Positions 10,283-20,308 are shown, counted from the first letter of the stretch. The stretch is 64,000 bases of DNA from a bacterium (GCA_030698395.1 JAUYKW010000020.1:1741-65740); one strand, 5' to 3'. Notes: generated by a model not told the origin, from the letters alone. Made by a program: numbers and translations.

Positions 10283-10912
10283 TTATACTAAAAATTTCTC
10301 CGCCTGTATATGGCCAGAAGCATGATCATATAGCCAATTCTGGATGACATGTAACAACTTGTTCCACTGCTCCTGATTTACGCGTAATTTTTGAACATCT
10401 TCAAAAGACATGGTCTGTAGCCAAAGAATGACTTTTTTTGTGTCTACATCTTTAGTTTGAGCAGCCAAATCGTACCCTAATATTCTGGCACTTTTTATAA
10501 CAAAACTATACAATACTGTTCTTTGTGCAGAATTATGATTTTGCCATGACAAAGTACTATATAGCAACTTATACAGTTCTGGTTCTGGAGAATCTTCCTT
10601 AGTTATATTACTTACGACTTCACTAATAAATGCAGCCGCGTTCAATCGTCCAATGTCATTATGAATGTTTCGAAAAGCATCTTTCACTACTGCTCCACCA
10701 ATTTTATTAATCAGCTTACTTTCAATCACAAACAACTCAACTTCAGCGTAGGGCTCTAAAGATCCTGCTAACTTTGCTTTAATCTTCTTAATACCATGAG
10801 CTCTTAGTAATTGTTTACCAAAAAGTTCAGTATAAATTGTATAAAGTCTATCAGCTTCTTTAAATGGTGTATAAAAAAGGACAATGCCTTTAGTATTCCA
10901 CGTGTTAGTCAT
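10283..10912 (-). CDS. recO: DNA repair protein RecO
   Basis: TKGIVL...EADRLYTIYTELFGK...AHGIKK...LAGSLEPY OB-fold N-terminus; Zn finger absent. Confidence 0.9.
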   Translation of the reverse strand: MTNTWNTKGIVLFYTPFKEADRLYTIYTELFGKQLLRAHGIKKIKAKLAGSLEPYAEVELFVIESKLINKIGGAVVKDAFRNIHNDIGRLNAAAFISEVVSNITKEDSPEPELYKLLYSTLSWQNHNSAQRTVLYSFVIKSARILGYDLAAQTKDVDTKKVILWLQTMSFEDVQKLRVNQEQWNKLLHVIQNWLYDHASGHIQAEKFLV

Positions 10913-13742
10913 TAACGGTTAAAGTAATGCTTAAAGCAATACCATTAACTTTCAGCTCTACCTCTCCATCTCCTTCAGAGAAAGAACTTGCCAAGACGCT
11001 TTTCTGCAAATCCTCTGACAGCTCTGTAATTACAGATTTCAACAAAGCATCATCAGTTTTGTATTCCACAACTACTTGATCATTGATAGTTAACTTTTGC
11101 TTTTTTCGTAATGCATTAATTGAACGTACTAACTCCCGAAATAATCCTTCTTTTGCCAACTCCTCTGTAATTTCAACATTCAAATCAAAATACTGTCCAT
11201 CTTTTACATTTTTTACATTAACTTCTCCGGCCAATACTTCTTTTAATCCATCAGCTAACTTATCTACACCAGGAATACTTACCCAAGCCAAAGGCTGGCG
11301 AACTTTAATTCCTGCTTCCTCTCGAGATGCCAAAGTTTTTTCTACATATTGTCGCAACGCATCCATATCCGTTAAAAGTTGTTCATTCTCATGTGCTGTA
11401 TTAGATTCTGGCCATGTATCTAAATGAACTGAATCTAAAGGACCGCTCATATCTAGATAAATACGTTCACTAATAAACGGTGTAAATGGTGCTAGCAATT
11501 TAACAGTAGTGAGCAATACATAACGCAATGTAGAAAGAGCAGCTTTCTTTTCTTCATCATTACCTTTAAAGCGATCTCGACTTCTTCTTAAATACCAAGT
11601 TGATATTTGTTGTACAAGCTCTTCTAGCTGACGCGTTACTGGCAAAAGTTCGTATTTTTCCATAGCATCAGTTATTTCTATAACTGATTTATTTAAATAC
11701 GCCAATATCCATTTGTCCATTACATGTTCGCTGTCTGGTTGTTCATTAACATCTTGGCCATCTGCAAACATAGCGTAAAAAGTATGAACGTTCCACAATG
11801 TCATTATTAATCGCTTCATTACTTGATCTACACCTTGCTCTGAGAATCTTAAGTTTTCTGCATTTACTACTGGTGAATTCATCAAATAAAATCGCAATGC
11901 ATCTGCACCATACTTTTCCATTACAATGTTCGGTTCCGGATAGTTCTTCAAGCGCTTGCTCATTTTCTTTCCATCTTCAGCCAGTACCAATCCATTCACA
12001 ATTACATTCTTAAAAGCAGGTTTATCAAACAAAGCCGTACTCAGCACAATTAATGTATAGAACCATCCACGAGTTTGATCCAAACCTTCGGCGATAAACT
12101 GTGCCGGAAATGTAGCTTCGTATTTTTCTTTATTCTCGAATGGATAATGTTCCTGAGCATAAGGCATAGACCCAGACTCAAACCAACAATCTAACACCTG
12201 CGGTACTCGATGATATTCTTTGCCATCCTTATTAATCACAACTTTATCAACGTGTTGTTTGTGTAAATCATCTACTTCTACGCCAGATAGTTCCTTTAAT
12301 TCTGCAATACTACTAACACAAATTGTATCACCGTCTGCTGATTGCCAAACTGGTAAAGGTGCCCCCCAATAACGATCACGCGAAATTGCCCAATCTTTAG
12401 CACCTTCTAGCCATTTACCAAATCTTCCCTCTTTAATATGATCCGGCACCCACAATATTTCTTTATTGTGCTTTATCATTCTCTCTTTTAAATCTGTAAC
12501 TTTTACAAACCATGATGCTGTTGCATAATTCAATAATGGAGTATCACAACGCCAACAATGTGGATAGCTATGCAAATATGTACTCTCCCAAAAAAGTCCT
12601 CCGGTTTCTTGTAGATACTTCACAATTTTTTGATCACTCGCCATATGATTGTCTGTAGGCTTTACATCTTCACCTGCAAAATCAGTTACCGCTGAAATGT
12701 ATTTACCATCCGTTCCCACATGTTGAATTAAAGGAATGTTTTTCTCTATTGATAACTGGTAATCATCCTCACCATAACCACTGGCAATATGTACAATGCC
12801 AGTACCCTCATCAGTAGTAACAAAATCCGCCTCCCAAATTGTAAACATATTTTCTGAACCATCCATATCTCCTCCAATAAAATATGGAAATAATGGTTGA
12901 TATTTTTTACCAATTAATTCTGTATTAGCTACAGCCTCTTCAATAGTATGCTCAACATCCGAAAAAACTTCCGCCACTCTTTCCCTTGCTAAAATGAATC
13001 GTTTATCATTTGAAGATACTTGAACATAATCAACATCTGGGCCAATTGCCAATCCCACGTTGCCAGGTAACGTCCAAGGTGTAGTAGTCCAAGCTAATAA
13101 ATATGTATCTTCTTCATCTTGTAGTTTGAACTGCGCAGTTACAGATTGGTCTGTTATATCTTTATAGCCTAAAGTAACTTCAAAATTAGAAAGCGTTGTC
13201 TCGCAACGAGGACAAAGATGCATTGCCTTCTTGCCCTCATAAATTAATCCTTGATCGTAAAGATTTTTAAAAGCCCACCAAATAGATTCTGTATATGATG
13301 TATCCATAGTGCGATAATCATTATCCATGTCAACCCATCTCCCGAGACGTTCTATAACAATCTGCCACTCCTTAGCATATTTAAGCACACTCGCCTGGCA
13401 AGCATCATTAAACTTATCTACACCAATAGCTTCAATATCTTGCTTGGTTTCTAATCCTAATTCTTTTTCGATTAAATTTTCAATTGGCAAGCCATGACAA
13501 TCCCAACCCCAACGTCGTTCTACACGATGTCCGCGCATAGTTGCATAACGTGGAATCACATCTTTTAATGTTGAAGCAACAATGTGTCCGTAATGTGGCA
13601 ATCCAGTAGCAAAAGGAGGTCCATCATAAAAAACAAACTGTTTATCTTCTGGTCGTTCTTCTACAGAACGTTCAAATATTTTTTCTTTCTTCCAATGTTC
13701 AACGAGCGCTTGCTCCATTTCTGAAAAATTCGTTCTTGCCAT
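10905..13742 (-). CDS. ileS: isoleucine--tRNA ligase (type 2 architecture)
   Basis: DGPPFATGLPHYGH (HIGH), GWDCHGLP, WTTTPWTLP, EGLDQTRGWF, KMSKR; no C-terminal Zn finger. Confidence 0.97.
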   Translation of the reverse strand: MARTNFSEMEQALVEHWKKEKIFERSVEERPEDKQFVFYDGPPFATGLPHYGHIVASTLKDVIPRYATMRGHRVERRWGWDCHGLPIENLIEKELGLETKQDIEAIGVDKFNDACQASVLKYAKEWQIVIERLGRWVDMDNDYRTMDTSYTESIWWAFKNLYDQGLIYEGKKAMHLCPRCETTLSNFEVTLGYKDITDQSVTAQFKLQDEEDTYLLAWTTTPWTLPGNVGLAIGPDVDYVQVSSNDKRFILARERVAEVFSDVEHTIEEAVANTELIGKKYQPLFPYFIGGDMDGSENMFTIWEADFVTTDEGTGIVHIASGYGEDDYQLSIEKNIPLIQHVGTDGKYISAVTDFAGEDVKPTDNHMASDQKIVKYLQETGGLFWESTYLHSYPHCWRCDTPLLNYATASWFVKVTDLKERMIKHNKEILWVPDHIKEGRFGKWLEGAKDWAISRDRYWGAPLPVWQSADGDTICVSSIAELKELSGVEVDDLHKQHVDKVVINKDGKEYHRVPQVLDCWFESGSMPYAQEHYPFENKEKYEATFPAQFIAEGLDQTRGWFYTLIVLSTALFDKPAFKNVIVNGLVLAEDGKKMSKRLKNYPEPNIVMEKYGADALRFYLMNSPVVNAENLRFSEQGVDQVMKRLIMTLWNVHTFYAMFADGQDVNEQPDSEHVMDKWILAYLNKSVIEITDAMEKYELLPVTRQLEELVQQISTWYLRRSRDRFKGNDEEKKAALSTLRYVLLTTVKLLAPFTPFISERIYLDMSGPLDSVHLDTWPESNTAHENEQLLTDMDALRQYVEKTLASREEAGIKVRQPLAWVSIPGVDKLADGLKEVLAGEVNVKNVKDGQYFDLNVEITEELAKEGLFRELVRSINALRKKQKLTINDQVVVEYKTDDALLKSVITELSEDLQKSVLASSFSEGDGEVELKVNGIALSITLTVND

Positions 13743-13769
13743 AAATACTTCTATTTAAATTTTATTAAT

Positions 13770-13989
13770 AAAAAAAGTGACTTCACAGAGGGCCCATCAA
13801 CTTTCTGGGCGGTACCACCTCTTATTATCACTTCATTTCAGCGCTTACGGGCTTACCCGGCTTAGTCTATTTTTCTTCAATATTTTAAATAATTTTGAAG
13901 AATTTCTTTAGGCTACCTGTTGAATAAATTATTCAACTCCCCTACTGATAACAGAGTTTAGGTATTTATAGTTGTTACTGTAAATTGTA
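13770..13989 (-). ncRNA. T-box riboswitch-like leader of ileS
   Basis: Transcript AGAGG-TGGTACC-GCCCA...TGGGC-CCTCT (13822-13787) forms a canonical antiterminator with a 7-nt UGGUACC bulge; upstream GGGTAAGCCCGT resembles stem IIA/B; U7 downstream; promoter TTTACA-17-TACAAT at about 14024-13996. Confidence 0.8.
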
Positions 13990-14028
13990 CACGTGATTGT
14001 ACCAAAAAAAGCTACTTTTGTAAAGGTT

Positions 14029-14565
14029 CTATTTATCTTCAGTTTCTATCCTAAATCTTTTATATACCAAGGCAGCTAAATTATCTGGGATAAAATTATC
14101 AATATTTCTAGTACTAAAATGAAACGTTATTCTTTCCTTACCATTTTGAGGTAGAACCACATAGCAACAAAGATCACCAGAAACACAGGATGAATGTACA
14201 CCCATTTTTACTCCTCTCAATTGTTCTTCGTTTCTATCTTGCACTAACATTGAAATCGAATCCAGCATTTCCTCCACGCTTACTGGGGAGCTATGGAATT
14301 TTTGACCGGGCTCTGAATCTAAAACCCGAGCAATTCTTTCATCATCTTCATTAAGCTCTGCTGGAATAACATCTTCTCCACCTTCTGCTCCATAAGGAAT
14401 ACCTAATTCTTCTTCAGCATGCGTTAACAAAGATGCATCTTGCATCTTTAGTAAGTTATCCCAATAACTAGGATCTAGTTCATAATCACTCCTGCCCCTG
14501 TCTTGGGGCGGTAGCTTTGATCTATCTATCTTTCCTCTTGGCTTAATATCTTTTGGTTCTCCCAT
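14029..14565 (-). CDS. hypothetical protein (MGEP... N-terminus)
   Basis: 178-aa ORF with host-like composition; no recognised motif. Confidence 0.7.
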   Translation of the reverse strand: MGEPKDIKPRGKIDRSKLPPQDRGRSDYELDPSYWDNLLKMQDASLLTHAEEELGIPYGAEGGEDVIPAELNEDDERIARVLDSEPGQKFHSSPVSVEEMLDSISMLVQDRNEEQLRGVKMGVHSSCVSGDLCCYVVLPQNGKERITFHFSTRNIDNFIPDNLAALVYKRFRIETEDK

Positions 14566-14637
14566 AAAATTTTATTATCTAATTCTAAATCTATTATAAC
14601 AATTTTGATAAGACTATCAAATGATTTGGAAATGAAG

Positions 14638-14935
14638 AAGGCCTGATAAGTGACGATCTTCAGCAACGCAAGCGTTACATTAGATACTACTTATCAGGCC
14701 TTACTTCCAGGGAGTTTCATGCCCCAAGAAATACGTATTATTTTACTCAGTTCCGCGTCCAGAACTGTTTTTACCCTCTTATGATGAAGAGCGCGGGGTT
14801 CTGTTAACAGAACCCCATTGCCGATTCTTGCCGAAGCAAGTTTACCGGTTAGCAATGCATGAGCGGGTCATCGCTGCTAGGCTCACCGCACATCAGGTAG
14901 ACAGACTACCCATCTCAGAGATGCCGCTCTGAGTT
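14638..14935 (-). ncRNA. candidate structured RNA / 3' element downstream of the tubulin-like gene
   Basis: About 8 consecutive inverted repeats, including C(TTCG)G tetraloop stem 14827-14840, 22-bp palindrome 14795-14816 and 14-bp stem 14638-14651/14689-14702. Confidence 0.5.
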
Positions 14936-14947
14936 ATTTTGTACTTG

Positions 14948-17900
14948 CTATCGACCGCGCTTGGCCTCGATCTGGCGCCGCTGATCCTCGACCCACCGGG
15001 TGGCGAGACGGAACAACCAACGCAGATCTTCGGCTTGAGCTTCCTGCTCGGCGAGGTTGCGAGCCGTCTTGGCCGACCGACTCTTGCTACCCTGGGTCTC
15101 GCTGATGGCGAGATCCAAGGCTGAGAGCTGCTGCTCGACCGCGGTGGCGAACTCACCCACCTGGAGCACCATGCTCTCGAGGCCAACACTGCGCATCTGC
15201 GAGAGATCGTTGAAGCGCTGGTTTGCCATGCGACGGCTACCCTGCACATCCAACTTCATGTTCTCCCACGCGTGCCGTACGGTCTCACCGATCGGCACGA
15301 GCTTGCGGCCAGCACCCGGGTAGGGGTGCATGATGAACTGTTCGCCAGTGCGCCTGATCATGGCGTCCGGCGCCTGATGGGACCAGGGATCGGACTCCAT
15401 GGGATCCTCGGGCAGATCGCTTCCGCAGATCAAAGCCGTGAGGAACGGCCCCATCACCTTGCTCTCCTGCACCTCCACGAGGGTGGGCAGATGAACGAAG
15501 GGGAGGAGGGCCACGGCACGGGAGTTGTCCGCACCGACGAGACGCGTCTCCCAAGTGGACACACCCGAGATCGCGCCAGCCTTCACACCGTACACGACGA
15601 TGACGATGTTGATCTCGTCATCGTGACCGTTGGTCTCGTAGCGGAGCTGCTTCTTGGCCAACTGCTCCCGAAGAACCGGGTGCTGCAGCAAAGCGGGGGG
15701 ACCGCTCATGAAGATGCGCGTGACCGTACGGCCGTTGCACCTGCTACCATTGAAGGACAGGAAGGGATCGGATCGCAAGACCCGCTCCAACTCGTTCAGC
15801 ACGACCGGGTTCCGGCACAGCAGAGTGGCGCGATCCATGGTCGCGTTACCACCGCTGAGGACACCGTTGATGTTGGTGAGGACGTCTCCGCCCTGCGCCA
15901 GCGCCTTGGTGTCGATGTCGGGCAGATTCGCCATGATGGTGTCGAGATCGGCGCCGAGGACCTTGCGGAACCCCGTGCCCTCGACGACCGGTGGCGGCGC
16001 GCTGATGTTCATGTGCGCCGTCTGCTCGATGATCCGGTGAGCCGTGGTGAGAGTACTCGCCACGTTGCGGACGTCACGCTGGGTGGTCCGGACAAAGCCG
16101 TTCCACTGCTCGGCCAGGTGACGCTCGCGGTCCAGCTTCTCGCCGATGATCTGGGATGCGAGCCGAGAGGCATCGCGAGCCAGGCCACCGAGGAAGGCGT
16201 TCCACTGCTCGGCCAAGATGAACTCGCAGCGGGCCTTGTAGTGGGCCATGACGCGACCGATGAGGTCACTCGCGTGCTCCTGAGAGCTGATGTCCAGTTC
16301 CGCCTTGCCCTTGATCCGCTCCCACATCGTGGGCTTGCGGTCCTCGTGCTTGACAGCGGTCTCCATACGAAGAGCAACGTCGCTCAGGTCCCCAACGATG
16401 TCGAGAACCGGATTGACGATCTGCTCCAACCGGAGGATCTCCTGAGACAGTTCCACTGAAAACGGCTGCAAGTTGCGCTTGCCGTGATCCTGGACGAACC
16501 GCTGGATGGCGGACTGGGGCGCACTGCGCTGACCACCGAAGAAGGTAATCAAGCCGTCCCGGTAAGAGTCCATGTTGTGTTCCAACTCGCTCAACACCCG
16601 CGTGACCACGCTGGTGCCGGAGGAGCGGACATCATCCGGATCGAGGCTCAGCCGAGGCCGAGTCACGGTCACCTGGTCGAAGCCGATCGGCAGGATCTGC
16701 TCGGCCAGGTTGCGGATGTCGTCCACGGACACGTTGGGGCGACCACTGCTGTCCGTCTCCGCCAGCTGGAGGCCAGCGGACCAGGAGCTGAGGCCGGAGG
16801 ACATGCTGGCAAGATTGAAGTCACCCGCGTTGTCCTGAATCCAGACTTCGATCATCTGGACCGTCTGCACAGTGGGCAGGCTGGCACCGCCGGCGAACTC
16901 CTCCATGGTAATGGGGAGCAGCTGGTCGGTGAGGCCGGTCACCATGTAGTTGGGAATGGCCGGGAGACCGAGGAAAGCATGCGCCGTGCGGTGACGCATG
17001 ACATCAGCCTCGAGCTGGCTGGTATCGGCGAGCTGGAAGCGGTAGGCTCCCACACCCGTGACACAGCGCAGCGGGTCGTCCATGACGATGTTGCCAAGCA
17101 CGTCGACCTCCTCATCCGCGATGGCCTTCCCGATGACCGGGTTGGCATCAAGGACGAGGTACGTGCCGAGCTGGTCCAGGACCTGCTCGAGGCTGATGTT
17201 GCCCTTGGCCGAACGGCTGCTGATCGTCGTGATCTTGTGCAGGAAACCCGGGGGCACCGAGACATCCATGCGATCACCACCCTCCGGGAAGGTCATGGTC
17301 ATGCCCTCGCGCTGGGCCTGCATGATCTCGCGCAGGGTGAAGACAGCGTTCCGCTCCACCTGAGCGCGCAAGCTGGCAGCCACGTTGTAGCAGTCCGGAA
17401 GTACGAGAACCACGCGGATCTCGAGCCGCACGAGGCTGGCATCGAAGTTGGCGTGGAAGGCATCGTGGGCCAGCATGGCGGCACGAAGGATGTTCGCGGA
17501 ACCAGTGCCACCCGAGGCACCGCAGACCAAGTTGATGGACAAGACGGCGTGATCGCAGTCTTCCACCAAGCGCACCTGGTCCATCGCGGTCTCGAGGGCA
17601 CTCCGGATCTCGAAGCCCTTCTCGTGACCAGCCGCGGAACCGATGATGCGCTGCTTGGCGGCGCCCGAGGCCACGTTGGCCGGGAGCGGCATGATGAACA
17701 TGCCATCGAGGACAGCACTGTGCTCGTCCTGCCACACGGAGAGGTCAGATCCGGTCAGACGCACGATGGTGAGCTGGTCGTCGAGCGCGTCGAGGTCGAT
17801 CTCGATCGAGAAGGCGTCGTCGTCGCTGGCGCCCTGCTCGGTCTTGGGGCTGTCGGTATCGATCAGGATCGTACGGAAGTGCTTGGCACCGGCTTCCTGG

Positions 17901-17995
17901 AGAACCTGGTGAGACAGCATCACGATGAAGCTGCCAAGGCCACCAAGGCCAATGTTGATGCGGGGAGAGGGAGAGAGAGAGCGGCTGATAGTCAT
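14948..17995 (-). CDS. tubulin/FtsZ-like GTPase (Tubulin_2/FtsZl-type) with long helical C-terminus
   Basis: IGLGGLG (T1), IDTD (T2), GAAKQRIIG (T3), GASGGTGS (T4 signature), VLVLP; ~700-aa helical tail; strongly GC-rich. Confidence 0.85.
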   Translation of the reverse strand: MTISRSLSPSPRINIGLGGLGSFIVMLSHQVLQEAGAKHFRTILIDTDSPKTEQGASDDDAFSIEIDLDALDDQLTIVRLTGSDLSVWQDEHSAVLDGMFIMPLPANVASGAAKQRIIGSAAGHEKGFEIRSALETAMDQVRLVEDCDHAVLSINLVCGASGGTGSANILRAAMLAHDAFHANFDASLVRLEIRVVLVLPDCYNVAASLRAQVERNAVFTLREIMQAQREGMTMTFPEGGDRMDVSVPPGFLHKITTISSRSAKGNISLEQVLDQLGTYLVLDANPVIGKAIADEEVDVLGNIVMDDPLRCVTGVGAYRFQLADTSQLEADVMRHRTAHAFLGLPAIPNYMVTGLTDQLLPITMEEFAGGASLPTVQTVQMIEVWIQDNAGDFNLASMSSGLSSWSAGLQLAETDSSGRPNVSVDDIRNLAEQILPIGFDQVTVTRPRLSLDPDDVRSSGTSVVTRVLSELEHNMDSYRDGLITFFGGQRSAPQSAIQRFVQDHGKRNLQPFSVELSQEILRLEQIVNPVLDIVGDLSDVALRMETAVKHEDRKPTMWERIKGKAELDISSQEHASDLIGRVMAHYKARCEFILAEQWNAFLGGLARDASRLASQIIGEKLDRERHLAEQWNGFVRTTQRDVRNVASTLTTAHRIIEQTAHMNISAPPPVVEGTGFRKVLGADLDTIMANLPDIDTKALAQGGDVLTNINGVLSGGNATMDRATLLCRNPVVLNELERVLRSDPFLSFNGSRCNGRTVTRIFMSGPPALLQHPVLREQLAKKQLRYETNGHDDEINIVIVVYGVKAGAISGVSTWETRLVGADNSRAVALLPFVHLPTLVEVQESKVMGPFLTALICGSDLPEDPMESDPWSHQAPDAMIRRTGEQFIMHPYPGAGRKLVPIGETVRHAWENMKLDVQGSRRMANQRFNDLSQMRSVGLESMVLQVGEFATAVEQQLSALDLAISETQGSKSRSAKTARNLAEQEAQAEDLRWLFRLATRWVEDQRRQIEAKRGR

Positions 17996-18100
17996 GGTAT
18001 GTTATCCTTTGATCCCGCACCGGATTCTTATACCGGGAGTATTGGGATCGTATGAGGGGCTGTGTTGGAGGTTGAAGAAGGAAAGACCGAACCGTTGATA

Positions 18101-19741
18101 CTATCGCAGGCCCATGCAACGGAAGGTGAAGAAGACTGAGCCGTCATCGGCCAGCACCTCAGCTCCGTCCACCATTTTCACGGGGATGTTCGGTGCAACG
18201 TAGCGCTCCGCGCCAGCCACCCGAACCCGAACTGTGTCTGTCGTCAGGATGTTGATCCGTGACTGCTTCTTCTTGCCGGTAGCCCGGAAGGTGAAACCGT
18301 CGATGATCTGTTCCTGCTGATCCGTCTTGAGTCGGATCACGGATCCATCAGGGAATTCCAACCGCCCCTTGAGCAAAGGCTTGTTGAGTTCCTTCTGCCG
18401 CGGCCGCACCACCAGGCGGTAGTACAACACGCAGAGCAGGAACAACAACAGAACCGTGCTCGGCAGGGTGTGCTTCCAGTTCTCCATGTACCAACCACGA
18501 CGCTTGACGGACACCGGTACAACGACCGGGTCCAGCGCCACAGTAGCGGGAGCCTGGAAGGTTAGCTGACCTTCGTACGAACCGGGCGGAGCCGAGTCCA
18601 GGGTGAAGCGGATATCGACGCCATGCTGGTTGGGAACCGCGATGGTGTCGGGCGTCACCGTAATGTGGACATCGTCGGGCAGGCCGACCAGATTCACCTC
18701 CACCTGCTTGGCTTCGGCGACTGTGTCGTCTGCTTCGAACTTGACGTGGACCGAACCGGTCTCTCCGGGTCGCAATGCACCCACGTTGATGGACTCCTGG
18801 GACAGCCGCACACGCAGCATGTCCTTAGTGAAGTTCACCTCAAGGGTGGGAGTGACCACGGCGAGGTTGCCGGTGGCTCGAAAGATGATCTTTCCGCCGT
18901 AGGTACCGGGTTCCAGATCATTAGCCAGCCGAATTTGACAGCGCAGATCTCCCGGAGCCGTGAACAGATCGCAGTCCAGTTCAACACCTTCAGGGAAGTT
19001 CCCCTCTGGCGTGAGCTGAATGCTCGAGCTGGCGCCCGTGACTGAAAAGCTCGTGCGAATCTCCGCACTGCCTCCCAGCTTCAGGTTGCCGAGCTCGAAG
19101 CTCTGCTGATCCGCCGCGACGAAAACGCGGATACCGGATCGGATCCTCTCACCGATGACCGCCAGGCTGTCGACCGTAGCGTCGTGGACGGTAGCGCCGA
19201 GACGCGTACCGACCTTGTCCACTGTGGGCTTGCTAACAGCAGTGAGAGCGACCACGTGAATGGCCACACCGTCACAGGCAGCATCGAGATCGTCCCAGCG
19301 GGCGGTCAGGCCACGCGGAATTTCCTCTTTGCCGTCCGTGAGCAGCACGAGCCCCTTAGGTCCTTTCTGTTGCTGCAACACCGTACAGGCATCGAACAGG
19401 CCACCGGAAGTGTAGGTCCAGTTCTGGCTGAAGTCGAAGCCATCCACGATGAAGTGCAGATCTGCCAGGTCATTGGGCCGGTTGGTATCCGAGACGTTGA
19501 TGGGCCGGTCGACCCAGATCTCAGTACCGAACGACGCCATGATGACCCGGTCACCAGTGTAGACCTCGTCCACAAACTCGCCCAGAAAACCCTGGACGGG
19601 AACGACGAGGTGGTTCGACTTCATCGACCCCGAAAGGTCGGTGAGCAAAACCAGGTTGAGGTTAGCGCCCGTAGACGCGTATGCCGTAGCTCCAAGAAGG
19701 AACCACAGCGCGATCAGTAGCATGCTGGTGATCTCACGCAT
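18101..19741 (-). CDS. vWA-domain membrane protein (signal peptide, vWA, Ig-like domains, TM, cytoplasmic beta domain)
   Basis: MIDAS DLSGS...T...LLTDG; signal peptide ending AYA; TM 'TVLLLFLLCVLYY'; AGGAGG SD; GC-rich. Confidence 0.85.
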   Translation of the reverse strand: MREITSMLLIALWFLLGATAYASTGANLNLVLLTDLSGSMKSNHLVVPVQGFLGEFVDEVYTGDRVIMASFGTEIWVDRPINVSDTNRPNDLADLHFIVDGFDFSQNWTYTSGGLFDACTVLQQQKGPKGLVLLTDGKEEIPRGLTARWDDLDAACDGVAIHVVALTAVSKPTVDKVGTRLGATVHDATVDSLAVIGERIRSGIRVFVAADQQSFELGNLKLGGSAEIRTSFSVTGASSSIQLTPEGNFPEGVELDCDLFTAPGDLRCQIRLANDLEPGTYGGKIIFRATGNLAVVTPTLEVNFTKDMLRVRLSQESINVGALRPGETGSVHVKFEADDTVAEAKQVEVNLVGLPDDVHITVTPDTIAVPNQHGVDIRFTLDSAPPGSYEGQLTFQAPATVALDPVVVPVSVKRRGWYMENWKHTLPSTVLLLFLLCVLYYRLVVRPRQKELNKPLLKGRLEFPDGSVIRLKTDQQEQIIDGFTFRATGKKKQSRINILTTDTVRVRVAGAERYVAPNIPVKMVDGAEVLADDGSVFFTFRCMGLR

Positions 19742-19930
19742 GTGGATCCTCCTGTCTGAGCAGCTGTGAGTAGTTATTGGGATTTGGGTTGGATTTTTAG
19801 AATCAAAAGAATTATCTTAATTCCAAGATTCCAACCCAAAAACGACCAACAACTTTACTCTATTTATTATTGATTATTTCTTTATTATCTAACTAAATTG
19901 TCAACGTACATACTATGGTACAAAATCCTT

Positions 19931-19994
19931 TATCTAGACAAAAAATGCCTAAACAAAGACCAAGCAATGTACATTAAAAAGAAGCTTTTGTCAA
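19931..19994 (-). promoter_or_regulatory. sigma70 promoter (TTGACA-17-TACATT) plus conserved leader motif GGTCT-N7-GGCATT-N8-AGATA
   Basis: -35 at 19989-19994, -10 at 19966-19971; motif recurs at 51289-51351. Confidence 0.65.
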
Positions 19995-20011
19995 GCCCCT
20001 TTAATTTTGAT

Positions 20012-20308
20012 TTATGCTAATGTTAGCAATTTTTTTTCCAGCTCTTTTTGTTCTGATTTACTAACTTGAACAACAATGTTCTTCTCAGGACTACTTTTTC
20101 CAAATTTCACAGAGATATTAGATTTTTTCAGTCCTAACAACTCTGCTAAAAAAGAAATCAACATTGCATTAGCTTTCCCCTGCTCTGGTGGTGCAGCTAC
20201 TTTTATTTTTAATCTGTTTCCTAGTAGGCCAACAATTTCTGTTCGCGATGCTCCAGGAACAACTTTAATTAGAAGTAGTAAGCCTTCATTAATTTCCTTA
20301 AACCACAT
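20012..20308 (-). CDS. DUF167/YggU family protein
   Basis: KVVPGASRTEI, LKIKVAAPPEQGKAN, GKSSPEK. Confidence 0.9.
   Translation of the reverse strand: MWFKEINEGLLLLIKVVPGASRTEIVGLLGNRLKIKVAAPPEQGKANAMLISFLAELLGLKKSNISVKFGKSSPEKNIVVQVSKSEQKELEKKLLTLA

Noticed and set aside
9785-10291. Ser-rich 168-aa plus-strand ORF
   Set aside because: Antisense of the Glu/Asp-rich N-terminus of 8185-10275
15057-19720. Long plus-strand ORFs (395, 523, 178 aa and others) and alternate-frame ORFs over the GC-rich island
   Set aside because: Shadow ORFs expected from high-GC codon bias; no motifs, while the minus-strand frames carry clear tubulin and vWA signatures
14600-20010. Island as prophage, ICE or transposon
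   Set aside because: No integrase, transposase, tRNA target, terminal inverted repeats or flanking direct repeats were visible
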